From Eledone cirrhosa (Eukaryota), in NCBI GenBank assembly GCA_964016885.1, contig OZ024753.1:32116001-32180000 (forward strand): a stretch of 64,000 nucleotides of DNA, in the 5' to 3' direction. The notes under the pieces are model-generated. The model was not told where the DNA came from and searched no databases. It worked only from the letters and a program-made list of their open reading frames with translations. Positions 41,266-55,310 of this stretch are shown piece after piece. A program made the position numbers and the translations under genes. The stretch's first letter is position 1. Every line of letters starts with the position of its first letter.

Positions 41266-41969
41266 TTATTTCGTATTAGTTTCGGGACCCTGAATTTCGT
41301 GGTAGTTTCTTTAGTATTTTGGCCCCCCACTTGTTGACCTGTCACCGTAAAATATAATCGGTTGATTACTACTAACTCTTAAAATGGTCTCATTACAATT
41401 CCGTCCCACCTAGTAAACTTTTCTATAGTTTAGCAGTACCAGTGAGAGACTTGATGACTGTCGTTAGGGAATAGTAACCAGAAATTGTTTTTTTTATATT
41501 TTTAACATTCTTGGTATTCTATATATTTATTCCATATTGATTTACTTATTGTTTCGACTTCCTCCTCCTCCCCCTCCCAAGTATACTTGCTTGACCTCCT
41601 GCCCTGTTGTAGTTGGCACTATCAACGCACGACTGGGTTTCCTCCACCCCCTCTCCCTCTTTCTTCTACTGGCAGGTTTAGCTACCACTTCCTTCCACAA
41701 ATTGCTATGATAGAATTATGTGTCTCAACAACAAACTTTTGACCAATCCTTGTGACAATCACTTTTACCATATATGGAATTACCCCCTGAGAAGCTCGGC
41801 TATTCATATACCAGGATAAAAATGTTCATTTAGTCCAGAATTAGCCGTCGAAACGGCTTGAGCTCAGCCGTCGGGGTCCTACTCGTTCCTATTACCCACT
41901 CTACTACCCTAAGTATTGAGTACTTTGGTGCGTTATGGTCCACCTGGTTCCTTACCACATTTCCTTCGT

Positions 41970-42025
<56 letters not shown>

Positions 42026-42029
<4 letters not shown>

Positions 42030-42195
42030 AGTGTCGAGGTGGTTTCAAAAGCTAGTTTCAGACTGGAACTAATTGTTGAACCTACAAAAGCCCAGAAGTC
42101 GGGCTCCGACTCTTTGTAATAGAGCCATACCAAACTATCCAAAGCATCGAGTACTCCATTGAGTAATGGTCCATCTAGTTGTAACCTGGTTCTAT
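42026..42195 (+). mobile_element. PLE family A-related short copy
   Basis: GTCGGGCTCCGACTCTTT resembles the reverse complement of the 20622 arm; tail CATCGAGTACTCC...ATGGTCCATCTAGTT resembles family A. Confidence 0.65.
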
Positions 42196-43466
42196 ACATA
42201 TAAACATTAAAGATGGTTTTCCGAAGGGGCTCTGTGAAAACATATATTTACTGTATATAGAAATCACATCTAGAGGACTAGAAATTTCATTCGTATGAGA
42301 TAATAGAGATATATATACATATATATATAGAGAGAGAGAGAGAGAGGGATGAAGAGAGAGAGATGAAGAGAGACAGAGAGATGAGGAGAGATGAAGAGAG
42401 ACAGAGAGATGAGGAGAGACAGAAAGGAACAGAGGTGTGCACAAACATTTTAAAATACAATTCATATGAAACTTCAGTGAATGGCCAACACACGTACAGA
42501 TTCACCCCTTCACAAACACAAATGTATGTACATATATATAATTACCACAAATCTGTAACGACTTACCTTATAATAACCAGTCCGAGTAAACACTTGGTGC
42601 GTATCCAAAGCGAGTGTGTCAACAGATGGTGCGCTTGTCATCGATTGGCGCTGAAAGTACACAGAAAAACGTTAAGTTATGCTTAAGGAACCACAAACAG
42701 TTATTTACATACGAAACATACTGAAACTGGAAATTATGGATTCGTATTTCGTTTGGATTATATGCATTGAACTTTCGTCGGTTCATATAATGAGTGCTCT
42801 AACTTTTTAAACAACATAACATCTTGTTGATGAATTTAATGTGGAAGTGGCTGAGCATTCTAAGGACAATATATTCTACTATTAACGTTTAATGAAAAGC
42901 AGAAATGTATTCTGTACATATGAAACAAACTGAAACTTTGTGGATTCTGTGGAATATATTATTTTCTATAGAATACATGGAATGAACTTCTGTCAGAGTC
43001 AATGAACCTGGAATGCCTGATTTGAGGTGGCACGAGACTAATCATTTCAGCGAAGCAGAGGTCAATATATTTAATGGAATAATTGACAGTATGAGGAGAC
43101 AGTATGTCTGTGAATCAGAGTTTGCCGTGTTTTAATGAGTCACTTCACGCAAATCAAGAAATATGTTGATCCTAATACAAATCATAATTGTTTAGCATGA
43201 TTCCAATGTGAAGAAAACTTTTACCTTTTTAATTTTTTAAAAGAAACAATGAGGAACTAAACGTGATCGGCCTACTGAATTCCATTACAAATAAAGTCCG
43301 TCCACGTTGTTTCCAAAGAGTTCCCGTCTTCTTAATTTCACTGAAAAGACTTGGATTGATGCGAGGCTTCAGCAATTGCTACTCCACCAAAATGACATGC
43401 TGTGGATCGAACTGTGGACCTTATGATTGCGAAGCAATTTTCTTAACCATACCATTTTTTAAATCG

Positions 43467-43512
<46 letters not shown>

Positions 43513-44845
43513 TGTGTGTGTGAGTGTGTTTAAGGTATAGGTTGTTACGTATGTGTATGTTGTGTATAGGAATTATGAGTTATCCTGGCGCTGGAAGATT
43601 TTATATTAAAAATGTGAGAATCCCGAATAACAGTCGATCACTATAGATAATAGCTGGGAAACCTTGGATAAAGTACCCCCAAGACGCGTGTCTGTATCCA
43701 TGTTTATGTTTGTGTCTGAATTTATATCCAATAACCTAGAGTTTTGTCAAAACGAAAGCGATAAAATAAATACTGGAGGCAATATGATCGACTAGATACT
43801 TTTATGGCAGTACTCCAGCATGACCGCAACCTAAAGATTGAAGCCAGTAAGGGAATATCGTAGAAATTGCCAAAGATATTCTAAAAATTGCATTCTCTAA
43901 CATTTATTACTACAAGGCAATTAGGGAGTATGTTGTTCTAGCTTTTGGAAACCCGGTTTGTGTCCCAACTGACGTGAACATAATTTCTAAAGCCTGCCTG
44001 AAGACAATTACCTACAAGAAACAGAAACGCTACAACTCGAGTAGAAAATAGAATAAAAGCTCCATCTGTTACCAGCTTCTATGTATTGTTCAACGTGAAT
44101 CATTGAGTTGACATTTTCCAAAAATAATTTTAAAACTGTATAAAAAAGAAAGAAAAATGAACACATATATCCAACATAAAATTATTAGTGAGAAAGAAAA
44201 TAACGAATATAGCTATCAAAAATGTCTGATCCTTCAGAACCAAACCTAGTTTGAGTTTGACTATTATCGAAGTAAAAATTTCAAATGCAAGCATTTCGTA
44301 GCCATATCCCTGTTAAACCAGGATTTAGCTCTGCTTCCACTATTGCAGGCTCAATAACACTTGTCAATGGGTGCTTTTGAGGTGATATTTTACAGTCATA
44401 TGTCCTTTCTGTCGCCAGCCTATTACGACACACTGGAGAGGGACAGGTCCACCGGTTTAAATGTGCAAGATATGCCTTATGTCACTACGGTGCCCCTACG
44501 GCTCAATAATCAGTTAAGGGCCCATGCCATGGCAATTAAGATTAGATAACTGATAACTGTTGACTAGAGTTTAGGGGATATTAATTAGTGACTTTATCCT
44601 AATAAAAATATAAATGTTGAGCCTAAAACGATTGACACCCCTTAGTATCTTTCCAATGTAACGCAAACACTAACGCATTGTTAGTTGTTTTAAAAAGAAG
44701 CAGTATTTTGTGTTTAGCCTTCTATATTTGTACAGAATATATATTACTGGAGACATTCAGGTTATTTAGCATTACATGGGTAGGTTATTGAATCTGCCAA
44801 TCCACCCAAGAATTTAACAATAAAATTAACTAGACTCATATAGAA

Positions 44846-45028
44846 AATAATTGTTTCTACTTTTTGGCACAAGGCCAGCAATTACCCAGTGCATTACTTT
44901 ATCGACGCCGTAAGGATGAAAGGCAAAGTTAACCTAGGCGGGATTTGAACTCAAAATGGCAAGGGCCGAAACTCTATGCGGCAAAGCATGGCGTCCGACC
45001 CTCTACCGATACTGCCAATCCACTGCCC
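44846..45028 (-). mobile_element. SINE family 1, young copy
   Basis: Consensus match with a small internal deletion; TSD ATATAGAAAAT. Confidence 0.9.
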
Positions 45029-45859
45029 TTATATAGAAAATATAGAAAATACTCATATAGAAAATAATATCTTATAAAATTAGATAACAACAATCAAAAA
45101 TAGAATGTTTCTGCTGTTAGTCATTTATTAAGATGTCAGGAATGATAACATGTGATATTTTAATTAAGATATTAGTAATGAGCAAAATATAAAACTGCCA
45201 CATAAATTCGTGCCACGTTATTGATAATCACATATCCTAATTAACAATTTCAATACAATTACATAAAATTCTTCTACAAAACACTTATTAAATGTAAAGA
45301 TGTTTTATTAGTTTAATAAGGGAATAAAATATATTAGAAAGGTTTGGGTTTATGTGCATTTTATGAACAATTTTAATGATGTATTAAAAATCCTCAACGT
45401 TCTTATGAATTTAAAAAGCCTGTTTTTAACGTAAAGTCATTTTACGAGGCGAAGGTTATAGCTATAAAACCGACCATGTAAAAAAATGCATTAATATATG
45501 CAACGTTCGTGGGTATTTTAAAAATATTTTATTCGTGGCATGTTGGGGGTTAATTACGTTGTAGTATAATGTTGGATTTAAATTTAATAAAATTTCCTTC
45601 TTCAATTATTTTATTATAGTTTTGATATTTAACGTTTGTAAAATGGATACTGGTTAATTGGCAAACTAATAGAGAGCCTGACAAGATTTTGTTTCCGAAA
45701 TTTATCTAGTTAAGGCTCTTTATATTGTGAGTTCATATCATAACATGATCAACATTCCGAGGGTGATAAAATAACTTACCAGTCATATACTGAGATAAAT
45801 ACCCTCGCCTGTTTCCTCACATATATTTGTAGAACTGATTCTTTATTAAATATTAATAT

Positions 45860-45995
45860 TAATTTCGACTATTAGGCACAAGGCCAACATTTGTTTAGGA
45901 GAGAGGGAAAGTCGATTAAATCGACTCCAGTGCGTGACTGGTACTTTATTTTATCGACCCCGTAAGGATGAAAGGCAAAGTTAACCTCGAGGACA
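45860..45995 (-). mobile_element. SINE family 1, older long subfamily
   Basis: Core plus GTCGATTAAATCGAC hairpin segment. Confidence 0.75.
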
Positions 45996-46280
45996 TTCGA
46001 AGTCGTGAGACAAAATATCCTCTAAGAATAGACCACGAATGGCGTAATTGAAAATATCTCGTTCATTCAACAAATGCTCCATTGGCAGAGAGAGAGAGAA
46101 TCCAAACCCTAACGACCCTAGCGAAATTGGGTAGATGGAAATTTAGAAGCCAATCGGTTGGACTATGTCTGTAATTTAAAGGGCCAGCCTTGTCACAGAC
46201 TGTATCACGATCAATCTCGCTGAGAACTACATTAAATATATTGTAGGTGTGTTTGTTACGATCTGCCTCTTATATGTTAA

Positions 46281-46468
46281 GGGCGGTGGATTGGCAGTAT
46301 CGGTAGACGGTTTGACGCCATGCTTTGCAGCAAAGCGTTGTGGCCCTTTATGGTCTGAGTTCAAATCCCGCCAAGGTTAACTTTGCCTTTCATCCTTACG
46401 GGGTCGATAAAATAAAGCACCAGTAATACACTGCGATAATTGTTGGCCTTGTACCAAATGTAGAAACT
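46281..46468 (+). mobile_element. SINE family 1, full-length young copy
   Basis: A and B boxes, core, 3' end; 12-bp TSD CTTATATGTTAA. Confidence 0.93.
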
Positions 46469-47957
46469 TATATGTTAATGTCACGTACAGACGGTTCTAT
46501 TGATAGAACAACCGGAACACCCATCATCGAAACCGACGGAGGCCTATTCCATTAATTTATATTCTTTAGTTTCGTCTAAACACAAAATATTGCTTCTATT
46601 AAAAAAAATTACAAGAATTATCATTTGTTTTAGGCTCAAACTATAAGTTCTTGATTTGCGTGAAATAACTCATCAAAAGTGTTTACATTTTCCAGTAACG
46701 TAAAACAATTTTATTCAATGTTGACCTTTATAAATGGGATCAAAACGTGAGATGTTCGTCAGTAATTGTCAAATATTTCTAGGTAGATCGGAATAATAGC
46801 GTAAAATTAATGTTTACATTGGAAGCTTGTTGTTATAGTTGTTGGTTAACCTTGCGTCAGCCTTAACTGAAAACAGAGAGCAACTGAGAGAGTGTGTGTC
46901 CGAAGGAGGAGGCGTAATATAAGTTACTATGTCAAATATTGTAATGTTGAGGGAGGGAGAGAGAGAGAGAGAGAGGGGGAGAGAATAATATAGGTTGCTA
47001 TTGCAAATATTGTTGAGATAGATAGCTAGATGGATAGAAAGAGAGATGAGAAATTTAACAACATATGTTGGTATGGCAGCTTATATTCTAGATATTTAGT
47101 GAGACTAAATGAAGCGCTTTGTTTATGACGAACGAAGGTAACTATTTACATTTATAGCTACTCTTAGCAAAGATGGCATTGGCGTGTAAAAATGAACGAG
47201 GCTCCCTTGCTGATTCTGTGAAGTAATTGATTACGAATGTGAACAGGGCTGAAGGTGATAAACGAATAGATTCATTTAGTACGGAATACATTTGACAAGC
47301 CTGGAAATGACAATGATGACTGCAAGTCTCTCAGGATAGAACAGACTACGAAGTGTGTTGACAGGTTGTGGTTTAAATTCAGTAGTGAACGAAAGGTCAA
47401 GCATTTGCTACCTTCCTTGCTTACAGAATACATTGTGGACTTGTATGTATAATACAAGAAAGTAGTTAGATTATATATTGTTTGCAATAGAATATAGTAA
47501 AATCAAATAGCAAAAAAATAGCAAAAGTAAGGAAAGCGGAGGGACAGAAAACTAAGGTAGTGTATCAGTATCACATTTGCACCTAGTGGAAAAATTTGCG
47601 GATAACAGCCAGAATCCTCCGCTGTACCACTCGCTTAACCTTTCCCCGATCAGAATGTATTTCACTCAATCTTGAGGAGGAAAATAACAGTCTGTTGACT
47701 GGGGACAACGGAGGTCTCGACAACGACCGATACGAAAAGAAAGCGGTCGGTCAAGCCCCAGTATTTGGCTTTAACTGAGTTGATGGGCGAGGTTTAAATT
47801 CAGTGAAGAATGAAAAATCCAACATGTATTATCGGTTTTATAACAGAATTCATTGTTTTCTGCTATACTGTAACTGCTATGCTGTAACTTTGATAGGTTT
47901 CGGCCAGTATTGGTCCAGGATATATCTAACTTAACAGCACCCCTAAATTTACTAGTT

Positions 47958-48175
47958 AAGGGTGGTGGGTTGGCAGTATTGACAGAGTGTCGAACAAGAT
48001 GCGTTTCGGAATATAGTTCCGGTCCTTTGCGTTCTGAATTTAAATCCCACAAAGGTTAGCCTTGTCTTCCAAAATTAAAGGGTCAATAAGCGCATAATAA
48101 CGCACTAGAGTCGATTTAATCGACTTTCCCTTCCTCCAAAATTGTTGGACTTGTACCTAAGTCAGAAACCATTAT
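47958..48175 (+). mobile_element. SINE family 1, older long subfamily, full length
   Basis: Same head; extra GTCGATTTAATCGACTTTCCCTTCTCCAA segment before the 3' end. Confidence 0.78.
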
Positions 48176-48960
48176 TATCCGTGTGATTGTGGATCTGTGG
48201 GATTCTTCAGTTAACCTTACGTATTTAACTCTCTGTGCCACGAAGACTGTATGTTTTATATAACTGTGGACTGTATATACATGTTCCCATTTTCTCATTT
48301 CTATTAAGTTGTTTTTGAAGTGTCTCCTTCACCCGGTGTATTTGTGGCAAATAAAATAAATCATCATCATTATTCTTGTTTTGTCGTGAACTCCTATGTT
48401 TATAATTGATTAGTAAGGATTACTTTTAAAAAAACCAAGAACGTTTTTTTTTATGCTTAGATTTCTACTAAAACTCTTTCAGAATATTGAAATGTCAACT
48501 TCACTTCTTGCAGAGAGATAAAACAATGTTTGTCTAAACATTACTTTACACTATGTTTATATTGTGGCGTGGAAGCCATTTGCAGTGTTTATTTGCATTT
48601 CAACATATACCTATCTTTGTGGTTGCGGATAGAGTTGTTAAATACAATGATGTAGTAGATACAATACTGAAAAGAATATATATAAACCTAGAAAACATGA
48701 AATTTAACAGACACAGTTCCATACACAAAAAAATTATATGTTGAAAAGCACAAACTAAGTGTTGAAAGCATCAAGTTAGATTTTATATTATAATAATTGT
48801 ATACGTCTGTCACAAGAACACTAGTATCTGTTAAAAGCATTGCAAAAATATTTATTTAGAATTTATGGAACACAAATACCTAACAAAGTTGGTGGTGGTG
48901 GGGGGGGATCTAAAATGTCTGCCAATACTTTTCTTTATCCGTTACCCATTCCTCTCTCTC

Positions 48961-49056
<96 letters not shown>

Positions 49057-49379
49057 TTTCGTGATATTTACATCTCCCCTTCTCTCTCTCTAGAGAGAGA
49101 GAGAGAGAGAGAGAGAGATGTAAATCCCGAAAAATTTGATTGCCAATTTAGGTTATCGACGCCCAAGAGATAAGAGTCGAAGTTGACTTTGGCAGGACTT
49201 GAATTCAGGTGTAAAACTCCAGAATAAATACCGCAATGGCGTTTTATTCGACGCTCTACCAATTCTGCCAATCCACCACTTTTAGATATTATAATAATTG
49301 TTATCGTCATTGTTGTTATCTTTGATATTTGGTCGGTTAGATTACTCTCCCTCTTTCTCCATCACCACCTTTATCTTCA

Positions 49380-49531
49380 ACAAACTCATCATCATCGTCA
49401 TCATCGATCGTCGTCACCGCCGCCACCGTTGCCGTCGACTTCTTGCTGTCCATCATCATAATCATCATCATCATTATTACCACCAGCACCACCACCACCA
49501 CCATCATGACCTTTATCATCATCATCATCAT
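49380..49531. repeat. (CAT)n/(CAC)n trinucleotide tract
   Basis: Directly visible. Confidence 0.9.
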
Positions 49532-49677
49532 GCCTTAGTTGACATTTCTATACAGTTCAGTAGCTTTATCTTTGAGACTGTAATGGTGTTTATATTTCTA
49601 TCATATTGTAGGTAACCATGGGAACAATGAGATATCTTTTGTCTTTGATGAACATGAAACCTTTCGACGTTAAATTT

Positions 49678-49731
49678 AATTGTTTCTACTTTTGGCACAA
49701 GGCCAGCAATTACCCAGTGCATTACTGGTAC
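49678..49731 (-). mobile_element. SINE family 1, ~54-bp 3' end only
   Basis: Flanked by 20-bp TSD CTTTCGACGTTAAATTTAAT. Confidence 0.88.
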
Positions 49732-50171
49732 TTTCGACGTTAAATTTAATGTCACTTCATTAATCAGTTGTGTTTGGCTGTAGTTACTAGTGTTATTCGC
49801 GGCTGCTGCTATTATTGTTGTTATTTAGGCCAACAAAGTCAGCTCTGATTGACTAGAACTTTAATCAAAGATGTCCCAACTATGAGGATAAATTTTAATT
49901 TTAAACGTTAGATAATGCAGTTCTAGATGCAGTATGCATCCCTCCTTTTCAAAGACAGTTGTGTGTAAATCTCAAGAGATTGGCTGCTATTTTTAGCAGA
50001 TCGAATGAGACAGAAAACCTTGAAACTTTATGATTCTAACTAAAATCTGATTAGTTAGAAATTATGTTCTTTTACAGAACAAAAACCAGTTAAACATGAA
50101 GTACAGTCGAGTTTTCATATGCAGTAGTAGTAGTAGTAGTAGTAGTAGTAGTTGTTTATTATTATGAGCAG

Positions 50172-50358
50172 GGGTGGATTGGCAGTATCGGTAGAGGGTC
50201 CAACGCCATGCTTTGGAGCATGGAGTTACAGCCCTTTGTGATGTGAGTTCAAATCCCGCCGAGGTTAACTTTGCCTCTCATCCTTACGGGGTCGCTAAAA
50301 TAAAGTACCAGTAATGCACTGAGATAATTGCTGGCCTTGTGCCAAAAGTAGAAACAAT
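50172..50358 (+). mobile_element. SINE family 1, full-length young copy
   Basis: Consensus match; TSD TTATTATGAGCAGGGG. Confidence 0.92.
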
Positions 50359-50961
50359 TATTATGAGCAGGGGTCGGGTCGTGAAATCAACTTTCCCGAA
50401 TTTATTGATATTTTGCCTAGTTTAGAAATCGTCCCCATTGCGACTATATTAGTAGTATTAGCATTGCTAGTAGTAGTAGTAGTGGTGGTGGTTGTCCTCA
50501 GTATAGTGTATCACACAAACCTAGATACCTACACAAAGCGGCGGTCGCCAACAGACACACTATCATTTAAAAATAAAGAATGGAACGAGTGAACGAAATA
50601 GAGAGAGAGCGGAAGACGAAGAATTCTCTGTAGAACCTCAAGCAGATGGAAGCATTAATGTTGCTGTTCTTTGATCTGCTGGCTCTTAGAGAAATAATCT
50701 GTAATTACTATAAGACTTTCACTAAACACAATGAAAGTTATTTCATGCAGAATTAAAGTATAAAATTATAGAGTAGATATCATAATGTTTACTGATCTCT
50801 CTCCCACTAACACACACAAACACACATCTATATGAACGTATCTCTCTCTTTCTCTGTATGTATATATATATATATACACATACTCAGAGAGAGATAAGCA
50901 TACTCATACGCTTATATATATATACATAATTATATATATGTATAAATACACCCACCCACAC

Positions 50962-50994
<33 letters not shown>

Positions 50995-51420
50995 TATACA
51001 CACACACATACATACATATATATATTATATTTGAAATGTTTGTAATATATAATTTTGAATACAAGTTGTTTTCGACACATCATTATATATTATAGATATA
51101 AAGTTCGTATATTACATACATTCTTAGAAAAAAGAACAGAACAAAAAGAAAAGTGTGTATCACAGATCGGAACAAGAAACCAGGAGTTAAGGGACCACTA
51201 TTAATAGAACAGGCCAATAACAACAACATTGGACATGAACACAGGCAGGGGTCAGTGAAGAAATTGGCTCTGCAATAATGAGGTCTCGGGTTTGAAACCA
51301 CTGAATGGCATAATGGGCAAGTGTACGTCCACCCAGGATTTTACCTGTAATTTAAAAGTCTAGTTTTATCATATATTATTTCAGCCTGATCCAGTTTGGA
51401 CATTAGGTTAAGGGTACACG

Positions 51421-51913
51421 CAAGGGCCTTGTTTCAGGGGGTACCAGGGGGCCAAGTACCCCCCCCCCCACCTTTTGAGGAACGGTGGACAAACCATCTC
51501 CCCCCCCCCCAACACACACACTTTTTCCCTATTAAAAAACAAAGAAAATACCACTAACAAATCATACATATGTATAATACATATTTTTACATATTTATTT
51601 ATATGCATATATTTATATGAATATATATACCGCTAAGTTGCAATCGGTATTGAATTTTGTTCATTCGATATTTACATCCATTTGCTAAAAATTAAAAATT
51701 CTGTTTATTTGATATTAAATTCTTTTTAAGCTTATTTTTTTATACCTGAACTTTATTTGAATATATAACATTCAATTAGCGTAACATTTTACTTATGCGA
51801 ATTTTACTTATGGTGTCTGGGAAAGGCACCATAAACACTACTAACGTGCTCCTTTAAGAATCAACAAATGTTGGTTTGTCCCCCTCACATTTTTAATGCA
51901 AACGGGGCCCCTG
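51421..51913. mobile_element. hAT-like MITE
   Basis: Imperfect TIRs CAAGGGCCTTGTTT / AAACGGGGCCCCTG; 8-bp TSD GGTACACG / GGTAAACG; an uninterrupted paralogous site ...ATACACGTGTCTGTGG lies near 52000. Confidence 0.7.
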
Positions 51914-52509
51914 GGTAAACGTGTCTGTGGAATACGGATAAAAGTCTAGCTTTATCATATATTATTCCTGCCTGGTTCAGTTGGGACATTACGTTAAGGA
52001 TACACGTGTCTGTGGAATACGGAAACTCTTACATGTTAAGTCACGAGTTGCGAGTTCTGTTAATCCAAAAACCGAATGCTAATCATCGACAGCGACGAAG
52101 GACCCACCAACACATAAAAACCTACCAAGAAAATATTTATGTTTAAAATGCACCCCCCTCATCATATACATATATTTCTTACCTTTGCAATACTTTGTCG
52201 ACTGCCCATTGGGTCCCGTTTATGTCGGTCAAGAGGACCATACATGATATCTTCCCATCGAACACGCCAGTTCTTTTCATCAAGTTCTGCTTCAAGACTA
52301 ATTCGTCTAGAGAAAGAAAATATGAAAGGATAGTATATTAATTTACATTTACTTATCCTAGTAGTAAAAGTAAAATATAATAAATATAAATATATATGTA
52401 TGGTACTAACGAGTAAAGATTAATATATTCATAGTATAGAACGTAGGGTGCTAAGGAGTAAAGTATTAATATATTCATAGTATAGAACATAGGGTCCTAA
52501 CGAATCAAA

Positions 52510-53103
52510 TTTATATAAAGTTGTAGTTCCTGTTTGTTTCTTTGTTTGTTGTTTACGAACTCCTCCTATGGTTTTGGAGATAGACCCCCATAACCATATA
52601 TATTCTGTAACTACATTGACCAGGGTCCTTGGATAAGTATATTACATTTTAATCAAAGGGTTCCCCGGGGGCACAAATCCCGGCTGAAAATTTCTTCCCT
52701 TCGATTTATATGAAATTTAAAGCATAGGTCAAGCTACGATGCTTATTCACAAATTTCAGAAAATTTCAATAATGTTAAGACACCCTAATGGGGGTTAAGC
52801 CCCCTATAGTGAACATTTTGGAAGCCCAAATAAAATAATGCTTCACACAAAAAATGAAATGATCAAGTTTTAAATTGATATTTTGAAAACAATTATTTAC
52901 AAGAAACAAAATAAGAATAATATTTAATAATTCTGATTTGATATATTACAAAAAATAATGTTTTCCAATTTTTCATGCATTACATTTTACATTGAGTAAT
53001 ATTGAAATGCAGAGTTTTTCTCCATCACTGATTTAAAATCAATCATCATTTTCTTACAAAAAAAAATGTGTCAAACGCAGCAAGGCCCGGACAATTCGGC
53101 TAG
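52510..53103 (+). mobile_element. Non-autonomous Helitron, diverged
   Basis: 5' TTTATATAAAGTTGTAG...(TTTG)n similar to the 6398 element; 3' GCAGCAAGGCCCGG...GGCTAG followed by T. Confidence 0.6.
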
Positions 53104-53118
53104 TATTAATATATTGCA

Positions 53119-53306
53119 AGGGTGGTGGATTGGCAGTATCGGTAGAGGGTCGGATGCCATGCTTTCCAGCATAGTTACGTCCCTTTACGATCTGAGTTCA
53201 AATCCCGCCGAGGTTGACTTTGCCTTTCATCCTTACGGGCTCGATAAAATAAAGTACCAGTAATGCACTGGGTAATTGCTGGCCTTGTGCCTAAAGTAGA
53301 AACAAT
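53119..53306 (+). mobile_element. SINE family 1, full-length young copy
   Basis: Nearly identical to 18702-18889; 16-bp TSD ATTAATATATTGCAAG. Confidence 0.93.
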
Positions 53307-55310
53307 TAATATATTGCAAGTATAGAAGCAATTTCTCTTGAATTAGAGAGATAATGTGGTAAAGAGAGATAGAGTAAGAATCAATCCCAGTGATGTACTT
53401 GTATATTTTTATCGATTAGGAAAACCTGAAAGGCAATATTGACCTTATTGGGATTTGAAATAACGAGGTCCTTTTCATTCAACGTCCTAACGACCTTACC
53501 AATTCGTCCCCTAATGATGTAGTACATAGAGATAAGGTGTTTGTTTCTATAGATATAGTGTTAGCTTCAAATCTATCTATATATTCTGTAGTAAATTATA
53601 ACATCTCTCTTTATTAATCTTAAATAGAAATACTCACAGCAGTTTATTAAGTTCTCATCCAAGCCATATAAAAAGGTTTCTGTGTGCTCTCTCTGTCAAC
53701 ATTTTCTCTGAGTTAACTCTCTAGAGCAGAATGTAACTGATGTTTTCTTCTTCTTTTTCTAGAGAGAGTGAGAGGTGGGGATCCAAACCCAGTATTGGAC
53801 TGGTATTTTGTTTATCGATCTCGAACGAATGAAAGGCAAAGCTGACCACGGCGGGATTCGATCTCAGTGCGCAGTCGGCCGGAATAAATACCGAGGCATT
53901 TTTAACCCGATAACACTATTCTCGGCCAAATCTTTATGTATGGTAGGTATATTCAGCTATTAAAAAGTACGTTCTAAATATCTTCGATCTAGTGTTTAAT
54001 ATTTCGAAGTGTTTTAGGCAAGATACTGTATCAAATGAATTTATTCTATCAAGTAAAATGTTGAAGCTTGATGTGGTTTTAAACTGATTTCGACATGAAC
54101 ACTTGTTTAATTTCGTGGATCAATAATTTACAGTTAGGATTAGGACGTTAGAGTGAGTATGATATAAATTCTTTGTATAATCACTTAGTTAACGGGACTC
54201 GAAGTCATGCAAAAGAGTTGGATGGTAAAACATGATCAATTCGAATATTGCAACGCCTTCAGCGAAACTTGTCATGGAAAAATTTAATGAAAAGGATTAA
54301 TTAAAAACGAAAAGGCTGTAGTGTTTTGGTTCAATGCGTTCATTCTGATGAAAATTAATTGGTAACAATTGTTTGTTCATTCAATTATTTTCGTTAAGAC
54401 ACGGAAAGAAAGAAACAACAACAAAAATAACAACACACACATATATGACACACCTACATACACGCTCACACACGCGCACAGAACTATTCTATTTTAGTAA
54501 TTTCGCGTTTTCCTTTTAGTTTTTGTGTTTGTAAACGAAAGGAAAATTAATTATTTTCTTAACACTATCGAACTATAAGACTTTTTTCTCTTAATAATCT
54601 TATCTGAAATATACAGAAAGCAGCTAATGTTACAAAATATGTAATTTCCATAGTTTCTTCATCACAAGATGTAAATCAGAAAATCCAAAACTGGTCTTAA
54701 CTGATTCAATACTTTAACTATATTGATTTTGTTATCCAACCAACACTTTTAATATACTTCCATTTAAGTGGGAACAGCTGATAAGAACTGTCATGTTTTC
54801 TTTTGTTTTCTTTTCAAATTCATTTTAACATTATATCATTAACGTCACATATGTAGACGGGAGGGTCCTACCTCGGTATTTTCTTATGTCACACTGTTGT
54901 CATTGAATTGGGTTTCGATTCCCGTCTAAAACAGATCTAAGGAAATGTGAAAGAATAAAATATTTCCTCTTCTGATTGAAACTTCTGTCGTTCATGATTC
55001 TAGTACTACCTCTATACTCACTGCTATCAGTGTGGAGTTTGCCATCCATTATTCTCCAGATAAAATCTTACATCATTCTGTCAGAGTTGATCGCGAGGCG
55101 ATTTACATCAGCTAGCGTTCTTCCAACCGCCCGCTCTTGTATTATTGGAGAAGCGATAACTGAGAATTCCTTCTCATATTTTTGTATTATTTAGACTCAC
55201 TCCTTTTATTCTTTACATTATATTCGTAAAAAGGTCACAAGTAAAATAAAACAAATCTTAGTACGGGCGACACGTTGGACATTTAGAAAATGATGCCTTA
55301 TCATCTTAAA

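Noticed and set aside
46281-46375. tRNA gene (A and B boxes)
   Set aside because: Multi-copy SINE head with core, tail and TSD; no convincing cloverleaf
49298-49615. His-rich ORF
   Set aside because: Arises from (CAT)n/(CAC)n repeats between SINE remnants
52395-52500. Short tandem duplications (about 45 bp here, about 50 bp at 59795-59890)
   Set aside because: Ordinary local slippage duplications
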